Origin: Bacteroidetes bacterium GWA2_31_9
GTDB taxonomy: Bacteria > Bacteroidota > Bacteroidia > Bacteroidales > GWF2-33-38
Reading direction: 5' to 3'
Length of the DNA: 47,307 nucleotides
Assembly (NCBI GenBank): GCA_001768975.1
Contig: MEND01000029.1
Span: forward strand, 1 to 47,307
A model generated the notes under the pieces. The model had not been told where the DNA came from and ran no database searches. It saw only the letters and a list, made by a program, of their open reading frames with translations. Shown piece by piece: positions 1-9,097 of this stretch; position 1 is the first letter of the stretch, and each line of letters begins with the position of its first letter. The position numbers and the translations under genes were made by a program.

Positions 1-1
1 A

Positions 2-2068
2 TTAACTTCATCTGTTTCTAATGTAAGTTGCAATGGTTTTTCTGATGGTAGTATTGAAATTATTCCGAGTGGAGGTCAAACTCCTTACTCTTATTTGTGG
101 TCGAATGGTGAAACTATTAATACTTTATCGGCTATAAGTTCATCTACATTTTCAGTTACAGTAACTGACGCTAATTCAGCATATATTACTGAAACCTTTA
201 CAATAACAGAACCTCCACAATTAATTGCAAGTATATTATCTCAAACAGATGTAACTTGTTTTGGGCTTTCAGATGGTTTAATAATCTCAAATGTTATTGG
301 AGGAACTTTGCCTTACTCGTACTTATGGTCAGATTCTCAAACAACTCCTTATGCAATTAATCTTTTTTCAGGTTCTTATGATTTAACTGTTTATGATGCA
401 AATTTTTGCGAATCAACTATAAACTCTTTTATTAGCGAACCTGCTCAGATTTTAATAAGTTCATCAGTTACCGATGTTACATGCGGTGCAACATCTGACG
501 GAGCAATAAATCTGACAGTTTCGGGTGGCGTTAGTCCTTATACATTTAATTGGTCAAATGGCTCATCTATTGAAGATTTATTAAATATTCCTATCGGAAT
601 TTATACAATAACTATAACAGATGGAAGTTCTTGTGCATTGAGTCAAAATTTTAACGTAGGTTCGGGCGGAAATATTATTGTAACAGATTCGGTTATAAAT
701 GTTTCGTGTTTTGGAGCGAACGATGGTCAAATAAATTTAAATGTTAGCGGAGGAACTCCACCATTTAGCATTAACTGGTCAAATGGTTCTACTTTGAATA
801 ATTTATCCAATTTATCATCTGGTAATTATAGTGTAACTATTTCTGATAGTACTTCTTGCAGCAAAGTAATTTCATACAATATTACACAACCTGTATCAGA
901 ACTATCTGCTTCTGGCGTTTCTACTACTGTTGCAGATTGTAATTATAGCTGTTCGGGGTCGGCATCGTTAACAATTATCGGTGGTACAAGTCCGTATAAT
1001 TATTTATGGTCTGGAGGTCAATCTGTAAACCCTGCACTTAATATGTGCCCTGGAATGAATACAGTTACAATCACAGATGCTAATGGTTGTTTCAAGCAAT
1101 ATAGCGTTCAGATAAATATTGAATCTCTTTCAAAAATCAAAGGAAATATTTATTATTCGGGAATTTTATTGCCTGTAGATGCTGCTATAATTGAACTGTG
1201 GAAAGAAACAACCTCTAATAATTCAGGAAAACAAAAAGTTGGTGATTTACATAATGTTAATAATGGATATTATGAATTTACAGGTTTATCATCAGGAACT
1301 TATTACGTTAAAGCAAAGATTATAGCTCAAGGTGATTATCCAAATACACTTCCTACATGGTACGACACAACCAGTCATTGGTTTTATGCTTCTCCAATAG
1401 TTTTAGAATGTAGTGCAACACAAAATATAAATATTAATATGTTGCAAGTTCCGGCAATGGCAAATGGAAATACTGAAATTCACGGAAAAGTTACAACTGC
1501 TACAACCAATAAATCTATACTTGGCGAACCAATTCCGGGAGCCGAAATTACTCTTGAACAAGAGCCTGATGATGAACCAATTATCTCAACTTCTACCGGA
1601 AATGACGGAACTTACGATTTTATGGACATTCCTAGTGCAAGTTATATAATTGTAGTTGATATTCCTGGATATACACAATTTGAAACCTATAATATTACAG
1701 TCAATCCAAATGATATTAGCATTAATAATTTGAATTTTGTTGTTGATACCAATGATGTTGGGCTAGGAATTTATGTTGACCATACGATATTTGTTCCTTT
1801 AGTAAATGGAAAATTTATGGCAGTTAATGTTTTTCCAAATCCTTTTACTGAGAATATCAATATTGAATTTACACTAGAAGAATTGGCAAATGTAAAAGTT
1901 GACATTATTGATGCATTAGGAAAAAATGTTATAAACGTTTGCAATGATAATCAATCAGTTGGAAAACATTCTTATAATTTTAAAGACGAACTTCCAGTGG
2001 GAGTATATTTCGTGAAAATTTCTATTGATAATACTGTTTACGTTAAGAAGATTGTAAGAAAAGGTTAG
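2..2068 (+). CDS. SprB-repeat cell-surface protein with CarboxypepD_reg-like domain and T9SS C-terminal sorting domain (5' partial, continues upstream of the window)
   Basis: The reading frame is open from base 2 (LTSSVSNVSCNGFSDGSIEIIPSGGQTPYSYLWSNG...), so the TTG at 95 in the ORF track is not the real start. There are at least 6 tandem repeats of C-x-G-x-x-DG-x-I...GG-x-x-PY-x-Y-x-WS, the SprB repeat pattern. A GKV..G.PI.GA.I.L...G.Y.F segment looks CarboxypepD_reg-like. The C-terminus (VFPNPFTENINIEF...GVYFVKI) is typical of a Por/T9SS sorting domain. Confidence 0.85.
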   Translation, partial: LTSSVSNVSCNGFSDGSIEIIPSGGQTPYSYLWSNGETINTLSAISSSTFSVTVTDANSAYITETFTITEPPQLIASILSQTDVTCFGLSDGLIISNVIGGTLPYSYLWSDSQTTPYAINLFSGSYDLTVYDANFCESTINSFISEPAQILISSSVTDVTCGATSDGAINLTVSGGVSPYTFNWSNGSSIEDLLNIPIGIYTITITDGSSCALSQNFNVGSGGNIIVTDSVINVSCFGANDGQINLNVSGGTPPFSINWSNGSTLNNLSNLSSGNYSVTISDSTSCSKVISYNITQPVSELSASGVSTTVADCNYSCSGSASLTIIGGTSPYNYLWSGGQSVNPALNMCPGMNTVTITDANGCFKQYSVQINIESLSKIKGNIYYSGILLPVDAAIIELWKETTSNNSGKQKVGDLHNVNNGYYEFTGLSSGTYYVKAKIIAQGDYPNTLPTWYDTTSHWFYASPIVLECSATQNININMLQVPAMANGNTEIHGKVTTATTNKSILGEPIPGAEITLEQEPDDEPIISTSTGNDGTYDFMDIPSASYIIVVDIPGYTQFETYNITVNPNDISINNLNFVVDTNDVGLGIYVDHTIFVPLVNGKFMAVNVFPNPFTENINIEFTLEELANVKVDIIDALGKNVINVCNDNQSVGKHSYNFKDELPVGVYFVKISIDNTVYVKKIVRKG

Positions 2069-2100
2069 TAGTTTTTGAAATTCTCAAAACTACAAATTGA

Positions 2101-2140
2101 AAATCCTTGTTGGTATTTTAACTGACAAGGATTTTTTATT
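2101..2140 (+). terminator. Rho-independent terminator downstream of the SprB-repeat gene
   Basis: A 10-bp perfect stem (aaatccttgt at 2101-2110, acaaggattt at 2125-2134) is followed by a T-run. Confidence 0.6.
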
Positions 2141-2306
2141 TTATGAGATAAATTTGATTGTAAATCCTAAAACTCACAGATTCTACGCTAAATTGTTGTT
2201 TATCAGTCAGGTGAAAACACCAGGCTGAAGCACCATGCCTTCCCGATGTTAAATTGGGACACTTACAAATAAACTTGCGGATTCAAGGTAAATCAAAGAA
2301 ATCTTT

Positions 2307-3584
2307 TCAACCCTTCAATCGTAAATATTTTTTATAACCCCAAGAAGCTAATAAAGTAAAACTAAAAAATCCAATTAGTTTAAAACAATTAGCAAGAATT
2401 GAAAAAACTCCATATCCTCTTAAAAAAATATTGTAATAGGCATTTATGCCCCAGTTTAATGGCGAAAATTCACTAATGTTTTTCATAACATCAGGCATAA
2501 CATAAACTGGAATCCAGATACCGCCAATTGCAGCCAAAATAATTACAGAAATTGCACCAAACGACGAAGCCTGATAGTGAGTTGTTGCAATTGAACCAAT
2601 TAAAACACCATATCCACAAGCAGCTAACGAAGTTGAAAGTGAAACTAAAACAATTGCTAAAAAACTATTTCCAATATTTAATTCCGGCATTCCAAATAAC
2701 GGCAAAACAAAATAACCTATTGAAAATAAAAAAACAACTAAGATTAAACTAATTACTGTATAAACTATAATCTTTGCAAATAATATAATTATATAAGGCA
2801 CCGGCATTGTTAAAATTCGATTTAAACTCCCATCGTTTCTTTCTTTTATAATATGCGATGCCATTGGAATAATAATAAAAAATATGGCAAAAATTGTCCA
2901 TGCAGGAACATTATGCTGAACAGAATTTGGCATAATCATATCGGGTTCAGTACTTGCTATAATTTCGTCAAAACTAAGTAGTTTGTCGCCATTAAATGTT
3001 ATATTTTTATTACCAGAGAAACGTTTATTTATTTCTTCTGTTAATGAAGTAGAAATAATTTTCATTTCAATTTTAGTGGTAAAATTTTCGATTGAACTTA
3101 TAATTGAATTTTTAAATGACTGAATAACAAGTGGGTCGATAAATATTTTAACGTTAATAACTTCCTTATAAATTTTCTCAACAGATAATCCTTGATTCAT
3201 ACAAACTAAAATATATCGTTTTACTGTATTCCTTATAATTATTGATGAACTGTCGGGTATAACAATTCCCAATTGAAAAAGGCCATCCGAAACCAGATTA
3301 TTTATTTTATTTTCAGTTAATTTTTGCCCATTATAATTTTCTATTACATCAAAATACCCTGAATTAATCAATCCATTTTTAATTGAAATACCTAAAGAAT
3401 CATTGTCAGAATCGACTAATAGAATTGGTGTTTTTGATTTGCTTATTTTCTTAAATGACGAATCTTGCAAAAGTGTCATTATTATAAGCAACGCCATTGG
3501 CATTACAAATACAATAGCCAATCCTGCTTTGTCTCTTATAACGATTAATGTTTCCTTAATTATTGATGCAAATAATTTATTCAA
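2307..3584 (-). CDS. ABC-2 type transporter permease
   Basis: 425 aa. It has an N-terminal TM helix, a large extracytoplasmic loop and a C-terminal bundle of about 5 TM helices, which is the ABC2_membrane architecture. The TTG start overlaps the stop of the upstream ATPase gene by 8 nt. Confidence 0.8.
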   Translation of the reverse strand: MNKLFASIIKETLIVIRDKAGLAIVFVMPMALLIIMTLLQDSSFKKISKSKTPILLVDSDNDSLGISIKNGLINSGYFDVIENYNGQKLTENKINNLVSDGLFQLGIVIPDSSSIIIRNTVKRYILVCMNQGLSVEKIYKEVINVKIFIDPLVIQSFKNSIISSIENFTTKIEMKIISTSLTEEINKRFSGNKNITFNGDKLLSFDEIIASTEPDMIMPNSVQHNVPAWTIFAIFFIIIPMASHIIKERNDGSLNRILTMPVPYIIILFAKIIVYTVISLILVVFLFSIGYFVLPLFGMPELNIGNSFLAIVLVSLSTSLAACGYGVLIGSIATTHYQASSFGAISVIILAAIGGIWIPVYVMPDVMKNISEFSPLNWGINAYYNIFLRGYGVFSILANCFKLIGFFSFTLLASWGYKKYLRLKG

Positions 3585-4326
3585 TTTCAGATGTTTGTTT
3601 TAAAAATAATTCTTCCAGATTTTTGCAATTATTTTGGTTTAAAATTTCAGAAATCGTTCCATTAACTTTTATTATTCCGTTATTAATAATTGTAATTCTA
3701 TTACAAAGATTTTCAGCTTCTTCCATTTGATGCGAAGTATAAATTATTGAAGCACCGTTATTGTTAAGTTCATTTAAAAGTTCAATAATTACAGATTTGG
3801 AATAAACATCAATTCCAACAGTAGGTTCATCAAGGAATATAATTTTGGGGTTATGTAAAATTCCTGCAATTAAGTTTACACGTCGTTTCATTCCACCCGA
3901 CAAAGTATTTATTTTGCAATTAGCTTTATTTTGTAAATCTAACTTATTTATAAAAAAGCTAATTCTCTCTTTTAATGTTTTTTTATTTAAGCCATACAAT
4001 TTACCGAAATAAACAAGATTTTCATGAATTGTAAGAGTTGGATAAAGTGCAATATCTTGAGGAACAACGCCAATTTGTGTTTTAATTTCATTTGCAGAAG
4101 TTCTGATGTTATTTTCTAAAATAAAGGCATTACCGCTATAAAAGGTTGTAATACCTGTTAAAATTGAAATTGTAGTTGTTTTTCCAGCCCCGTTAGGTCC
4201 TAAAAATCCAAAAAAATCTTTTTCAAATATTTTAAATGATATATTGTTTAATGCAGGTACAGAAGTTCCTTTATAAAATTTAGTAAGGTTTTCGACCTTA
4301 ATTATGGCTTTTGAATCTTGTTTCAC
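3577..4326 (-). CDS. ABC transporter ATP-binding protein
   Basis: Walker A GPNGAGKTT, ABC signature LSGGMKRR and Walker B IIFLDEPT are present. The GTG start overlaps the stop of the upstream gene (GTGA). Confidence 0.9.
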   Translation of the reverse strand: MKQDSKAIIKVENLTKFYKGTSVPALNNISFKIFEKDFFGFLGPNGAGKTTTISILTGITTFYSGNAFILENNIRTSANEIKTQIGVVPQDIALYPTLTIHENLVYFGKLYGLNKKTLKERISFFINKLDLQNKANCKINTLSGGMKRRVNLIAGILHNPKIIFLDEPTVGIDVYSKSVIIELLNELNNNGASIIYTSHQMEEAENLCNRITIINNGIIKVNGTISEILNQNNCKNLEELFLKQTSEIE

Positions 4327-5363
4327 TGAATTATTTTCTTCAGTTGTTTAAATAAAATCTCTTCTTTATCAGCAATATTTTTAAGCATTTGTGAAAGTTC
4401 TGAATAAGTTATTATTTTTTCGCCACGCCCCTTACAGTTTCTTGCAGCATTTACAGAAAATTCTCTCCATCTATCACCAATTTCAGTCATATCAGTAGAT
4501 AATTTTTTTAAATCAGGTTTATTTAAAATTGTGGCAGACTCTTGTAAAAAGGCAGCATAAATAAATCTGAAACCAGCACCACCAGTCCCAATTTCTTCCA
4601 TCATTCGTATGAATTGACCTAACCATACTGCAGCATTTTTATCTCCTAATTTTTGTGGCCATTTTTCCATGCGTTTAGCAAAATATCTAATTCCTTTTAT
4701 TCCAAACAAAGGAAGAGGAATATTTAGCATGTGATAACATGTTTGTGAAATTCCTTTTTTAATTGCTGATTCAATAGAAATTTTTTCTGGAAATGAAACT
4801 GGATAATACATCTTACCATTTGGAGCAAATGGTCCTTTTGCATAACGAACTTTTATAAGTTCTTCACGAGTTAGAGTTGTAGTATTTTCCAAAACAGGGT
4901 CGCTAATATAATAAGTATTACCTTCTTTTCCATATACAACAATATTGTGCATATTGAAATGAAAACGTAACGCTCTTGGAAAATAAGTTAAATGATAAGC
5001 TCCAACTTGTAGTCCAACAGGACGACCTTGCTCTAAAGCCATATCCAGAGCATCCATTGCTTTTTTAGGATTTTTAAACGACCTCTTAAATATTCTGATG
5101 CCCATTCTTTTGGTTGCTCTTTTAAAAATTATTCCAGGAACGGGACGAAATGTAGCAACAGGAATTTTATTCAGTTTCAGAAAAGGCATATAACCAAAAA
5201 ACAAACCTGAGCCAGAACCAAAAATCATTGCTTCACTAACATTAATACCATAATGTTTAAGCAAGTTTGATATTACACCATTTTCGCAATGTGAAGATTG
5301 ATTATGCTTGAAATTTAGAATCATTTTTTTGTGTGAAGGTATAATTTTTAGGCTTATTGACAC
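4323..5363 (-). CDS. BtrH_N-like (papain/C39-like) cysteine peptidase domain protein with DUF4872-like C-terminal half
   Basis: The N-terminus FKHNQSSHCENGVISNLLKHYG...FGSGSGLFFGY matches my memory of the BtrH N-terminal domain with its catalytic-type Cys. The C-terminal half is helical and DUF4872-like. The ORF-track start at 5363 is GTG. An ATG at 5324 (MILNFKH...) is an equally plausible start. Confidence 0.7.
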   Translation of the reverse strand: MSISLKIIPSHKKMILNFKHNQSSHCENGVISNLLKHYGINVSEAMIFGSGSGLFFGYMPFLKLNKIPVATFRPVPGIIFKRATKRMGIRIFKRSFKNPKKAMDALDMALEQGRPVGLQVGAYHLTYFPRALRFHFNMHNIVVYGKEGNTYYISDPVLENTTTLTREELIKVRYAKGPFAPNGKMYYPVSFPEKISIESAIKKGISQTCYHMLNIPLPLFGIKGIRYFAKRMEKWPQKLGDKNAAVWLGQFIRMMEEIGTGGAGFRFIYAAFLQESATILNKPDLKKLSTDMTEIGDRWREFSVNAARNCKGRGEKIITYSELSQMLKNIADKEEILFKQLKKIIQ

Positions 5364-5434
5364 AAAGAACTAATCAATCTTTCATCAACAATTGATAACT
5401 TTCATTCCTAACTTCTATACATTTAGTGTAATTT

Positions 5435-5626
5435 TCAGAAAGTAGATTTAGCAAACTTTAAAATATTTTCAATAGATTTTTCAGATGGTTCTAACATAAC
5501 ATCAGAATCAATGAAAATATTATTTAAGCAATTATCTATTTCATCGTAAAATTTATTCAAATTCAATAAAGTAACTTCGTCTCCTTGATTTAAATAAATA
5601 TAAAATTGTGTATAATTTCTTTTCAT
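5435..5626 (-). CDS. Small acidic hypothetical protein (63 aa), possible first gene of the peptidase/ABC operon
   Basis: ATG-initiated ORF on the same strand, 71 nt upstream of the BtrH-like gene. Its composition is protein-like and helical/acidic. I recognise no family. Confidence 0.35.
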   Translation of the reverse strand: MKRNYTQFYIYLNQGDEVTLLNLNKFYDEIDNCLNNIFIDSDVMLEPSEKSIENILKFAKSTF

Positions 5627-5880
5627 AGGCGTAATTAAATTTTAAAATTTTCATACCTGTAAAACGACCAATTGAAAATATTATTATAAAAATTTAATAA
5701 GATTTTAATTATTTTTTTTAAATCTGATTTAGAGGCTTTTATGATTTTTATATATAAAATTGTAATCTATTTAAAACAATAAATCAACATTAAAAAGTGC
5801 TGTATTGCCCATGATTGCTGCATTTTTTATGCTAAAAAAATTATATCTACAAAGTGCTTGTAGTTAACGAAATAATATTA

Positions 5881-5888
5881 TATTTTTG
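5881..5888 (+). promoter_or_regulatory. Bacteroidota -7 promoter box (TATTTTTG) for the four-helix-bundle gene
   Basis: Exact match to TAnnTTTG, 28 nt upstream of the ATG at 5916. Confidence 0.45.
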
Positions 5889-5915
5889 TATAGTTAATCA
5901 AAAAAAGCAAAAACT

Positions 5916-6356
5916 ATGAAACTAGAAGAATTAGTTATTTATCAAACATCCAACGAATTAGCTGACAAAATCTGGAAACTGATAGTTCAGTGGGATTCCT
6001 TTTCAAAAGATACTTTGGGCAAAGAATTAATAATGGCTACCGATATGGTTGCAACTAATATTGCAGTCGGTTTTGGCAGATACAGTAAATACGATACTAA
6101 AGTATATGCCTACTATTCAAGAGGAGCCCTATTTGCTGCAAAATCGTGGTTAACAAAAGCCCATAGTCGAGGTTTAGTAAATTTTGATGATTTAGAAATG
6201 CTCATTGGCGAAATCGACATTTTAGAAACTAAATTAAATAATTACATAAAATCTATTGGTCGTGGAAGAACTAATAATAGCGGAGGAGGTTCATATAACA
6301 AATACCAACCTCATCAAAGCGATTCTGACATGCCAAATTTTGATGTACAAGATTAA
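5916..6356 (+). CDS. Four-helix bundle protein (23S rRNA intervening-sequence protein family)
   Basis: The N-terminal 115 aa (LVIYQ...LADKIWKLI..W..F.KDTLGKELI.A.D.VA.NIA.GFGRYS..D...Y.YSRGAL.E...WL.KA) fit the family pattern. A Gly/Ser-rich C-terminal tail is extra. Confidence 0.8.
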   Translation: MKLEELVIYQTSNELADKIWKLIVQWDSFSKDTLGKELIMATDMVATNIAVGFGRYSKYDTKVYAYYSRGALFAAKSWLTKAHSRGLVNFDDLEMLIGEIDILETKLNNYIKSIGRGRTNNSGGGSYNKYQPHQSDSDMPNFDVQD

Positions 6357-6357
6357 T

Positions 6358-6383
6358 TAAACGGCTTAAGCCGTTTTTTTTTT
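6358..6383 (+). terminator. Rho-independent terminator
   Basis: The palindrome acggctt/aagccgt is followed by a run of 10 T. Confidence 0.7.
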
Positions 6384-6500
6384 GCATTTTAAGCTCTTAA
6401 TAATTGTCATAATCTTAGTTAAAAAAAAGCCAATTCAATAAAAGTTCCTAAATAAAATCTGTTTTTATTTATCTTGCACAAAATTTAATGTGATGTTTTT

Positions 6501-8756
6501 ATGATAAAGATTTATCTTTTAATTACTTTAGTTGCTATTTCAGCTAATCTTTTTTCTCAAAACCTACCTGATTCACTCGATGAATTATCAACTTTCACAA
6601 AATATACAGCTGCCGAAAGTTTCCTCGACGACGAAAACTATGGTGCAGCCCTACCTATTTATTTAGACTTAATATCAAGAGATCCAAATAATGCTAATTT
6701 TAATTTTAAAGTAGGCTTTTGCTATTTAAACACACATCTCGAAAAAGAAAAGTCGGTTTCATTTCTCGAAAAGGCAGTAGCAAATTATTCAGATAATTAT
6801 GATGCTGAGGCTTATACCGAAAAGTATGCTCCCATTGAGTCGTGGTACTTTTTAGGAAATGCTTATCTTTTAAATTATAAATTTGACGATGCACTGGCTG
6901 TTTTAAATAAATTACTTACAATAATTCCAGCTTCAGATTCTAGTTTTATTAAGGAAATTAAACATACAATCAGCTATTGCCAAAATGGAAAGGAACTTGT
7001 AAAAAAACCTATTGATATTATAGTTACAAATTTAGGAGATAGCATAAACTCTGAATACTCTGAACATAGTCCTGTTTTTACCGCAGATGAATCAGTATTA
7101 ATTTTTACTTCAAAAAGAGTCGGAAGTACTGGCGAAAAGTTAACTCCTGATGGACAATATTACGAAGACATATATATATCAAATAAAATAGATGGAAAAT
7201 GGTCTTCTCCAAAAGGTATTGGAAATAGCATTAATACAGATAAACATGAAGCATCAATCGGGCTTTCTGTAGATGGTCAACAACTACTAATTTATAGAGA
7301 TGATAACCAAGATGGAAATATTTACATTAGTACTCTTAATGGTGATATATGGGGAGAACCCGAAAAGCTTGGCTCAACTGTAAATACAAAATATCGAGAG
7401 TCTCATGCTTCTCTTTCAGCAGACGGAAAATCTCTATATTTAGCTAGTGCCCGACCTGGAGGATATGGAGGAATGGATATTTATGTTGTTAAAAAACTTC
7501 CTAATGGAGAATGGAGTGAAGCTCAAAACCTAGGACTAAATGTTAATACTGAATACGATGAGGATGGACCTTTTATTCATCCCGATGGCGTTACGTTATT
7601 CTTTAGCTCTCAAGGACTTTCTAGCATGGGAGGATTTGATATTTTTGCAACTGAAATAGATAACGAAAATAAAAAATGTTCACTAGCTACAAATCTTGGT
7701 TATCCTATTAATACAACCGACGATGATGTATTTTACAATCCTACTCCTGATGGAAAAAGTGCATATTATTCTTCGTTTAGAAATGGAGGAAAAGGTCATG
7801 ATGATCTCTATCTTTTAACATTGCCTGAAGGTGACGAGAAAAACTTAACTGTTATGACAGGATTAGTTACAGTCGATGGTAAACCTGCAAGTGATGCTTC
7901 TCTAACTGTGACAAATACAGAATCTGGCGATATATTTGGTTCTTACATTCCAAATTCAAAATCAGGGAAATATTTGCTTGTATTACCGTCAGACAAAAAA
8001 TATAATATTGAAGTAACTTCAAATAAAGGTGAGGTTAAAAATTTTGACATTACTCCATCTAACGATTCTGCATACTTTAAAATTCATAGATCAGTAAATC
8101 TTGAGCCAGTCAATTTTGGAAAATCAGCTTTTTTTACCACAGTCAATGGAATTGTTAAAGACATTAAAACCTTATTGCCTTTGTCAGTTAAAATTGAAAT
8201 TTTTGATAATAACAATAATCAATTAATCGAAACTATTGAAACAAACCAAAAAGATGGAAAATTTAATACTATTTTGGTTTCAGGAAAAAATTATGGTATT
8301 TCATTAAAAGCTGATGACTATATGTTTTTTTCAGAGAATATTGACCTTACTAAGTCTAAATCGAATAAAGTAATTTCAAAAGAGTTGTTGCTACAAAAAG
8401 CTGAAGTTGAATCAAAAATTATTTTAAAAAATATTTTCTTCGATTTTAATAAATCACATTTACGAAAAGAATCCACTAATGAATTAGAACTTTTAATTGA
8501 TATTCTAAAAAATAAATACCCAACAATGAAAATTGAAATTTCGGGACATACCGATAATAAAGGCTCTTTAAAATCAAATATGAGAATTTCGTCGAACAGA
8601 GCAAAAGCAGTTGTTAATTTTTTGGTTAAACACGGAATTGATGCAAGTCGCCTAAGTTCACAAGGTTATGCGTTTAACGAACCTATTGCAACAAATGATA
8701 CAGAAGAAGGCAGACAAATGAACCGAAGGGTTGAGTTTAAAATTATTAGTAAATAG
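6501..8756 (+). CDS. OmpA-family outer-membrane/periplasmic protein with TPR, TolB-like (PD40) beta-propeller repeats and a C-terminal OmpA peptidoglycan-binding domain
   Basis: It has a signal peptide and TPR-like helices. The repeats SE.SP.F..D...L.F.S.R look PD40-like. The C-terminal motif NIFFDFNKS.L......EL..........KIEISGHTDN.G....N..IS..RAKAV..FL...GI...R......G...P......EEGR..NRRVEF is the OmpA_C pattern. Confidence 0.85.
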   Translation: MIKIYLLITLVAISANLFSQNLPDSLDELSTFTKYTAAESFLDDENYGAALPIYLDLISRDPNNANFNFKVGFCYLNTHLEKEKSVSFLEKAVANYSDNYDAEAYTEKYAPIESWYFLGNAYLLNYKFDDALAVLNKLLTIIPASDSSFIKEIKHTISYCQNGKELVKKPIDIIVTNLGDSINSEYSEHSPVFTADESVLIFTSKRVGSTGEKLTPDGQYYEDIYISNKIDGKWSSPKGIGNSINTDKHEASIGLSVDGQQLLIYRDDNQDGNIYISTLNGDIWGEPEKLGSTVNTKYRESHASLSADGKSLYLASARPGGYGGMDIYVVKKLPNGEWSEAQNLGLNVNTEYDEDGPFIHPDGVTLFFSSQGLSSMGGFDIFATEIDNENKKCSLATNLGYPINTTDDDVFYNPTPDGKSAYYSSFRNGGKGHDDLYLLTLPEGDEKNLTVMTGLVTVDGKPASDASLTVTNTESGDIFGSYIPNSKSGKYLLVLPSDKKYNIEVTSNKGEVKNFDITPSNDSAYFKIHRSVNLEPVNFGKSAFFTTVNGIVKDIKTLLPLSVKIEIFDNNNNQLIETIETNQKDGKFNTILVSGKNYGISLKADDYMFFSENIDLTKSKSNKVISKELLLQKAEVESKIILKNIFFDFNKSHLRKESTNELELLIDILKNKYPTMKIEISGHTDNKGSLKSNMRISSNRAKAVVNFLVKHGIDASRLSSQGYAFNEPIATNDTEEGRQMNRRVEFKIISK

Positions 8757-8903
8757 TGTCTCTTAGAAAACTCCAATAATTTCGTTACTCTGGTTTTGAA
8801 AACAGTTGTTTCGACAAAGCTCAACACATCGCATTTACATTCGTAAACTCCTTATTTTCAAAACTGCGAAAGCCTCATTCTTGAAGTTTTCTAAAGAAAC
8901 ACT
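8755..8903. repeat. Inverted-repeat (MITE/REP-like) element abutting the OmpA-family stop codon
   Basis: The left arm agtgtctcttagaaaactccaataat and the reverse complement of the right arm (agtgtttctttagaaaacttcaagaat) match at most positions. There is a nested inverted repeat gttttgaaaac / ttttcaaaac. A shorter copy lies at 43651-43693 and a fragment near 23295-23312. Confidence 0.55.
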
Positions 8904-9071
8904 TTGTTTTCTTATTGACACTATATAGTTGATACAAAAAAATTGTTTTAAAATAGGTTTAGTTATTAACAATTAATGATAAATTACATTAAAATTTAGA
9001 CAATTAAATTAGCAGTTTTCAACAGAATTATAAAAAATGAAATGATTGTTTTTTTTGTAGATTAAAAAAAA

Positions 9072-9079
9072 TACATTTG
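9072..9079 (+). promoter_or_regulatory. Bacteroidota -7 promoter box (TACATTTG)
   Basis: Exact TAnnTTTG match, 19 nt upstream of the ATG at 9098. Confidence 0.45.
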
Positions 9080-9097
9080 CATAAAAATTAATATATC

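Noticed and set aside
5353-5363. Recurrent 11-mer CTTATTGACAC (also at 8911-8921, inverted at 29681-29691, and a variant at 23461-23473) as a possible regulatory motif
   Set aside because: There are only three exact copies in different contexts. One is inside or at the start of a CDS, and I could not link them to promoters. It may be chance in AT-rich sequence or part of the dispersed repeats. It is worth a genome-wide count but is not supportable here.
5916-6356. Four-helix-bundle protein as an Avd-like accessory factor of a diversity-generating retroelement
   Set aside because: Avd proteins belong to the same fold family, but I see no reverse transcriptase, template/variable repeat pair or target gene nearby.
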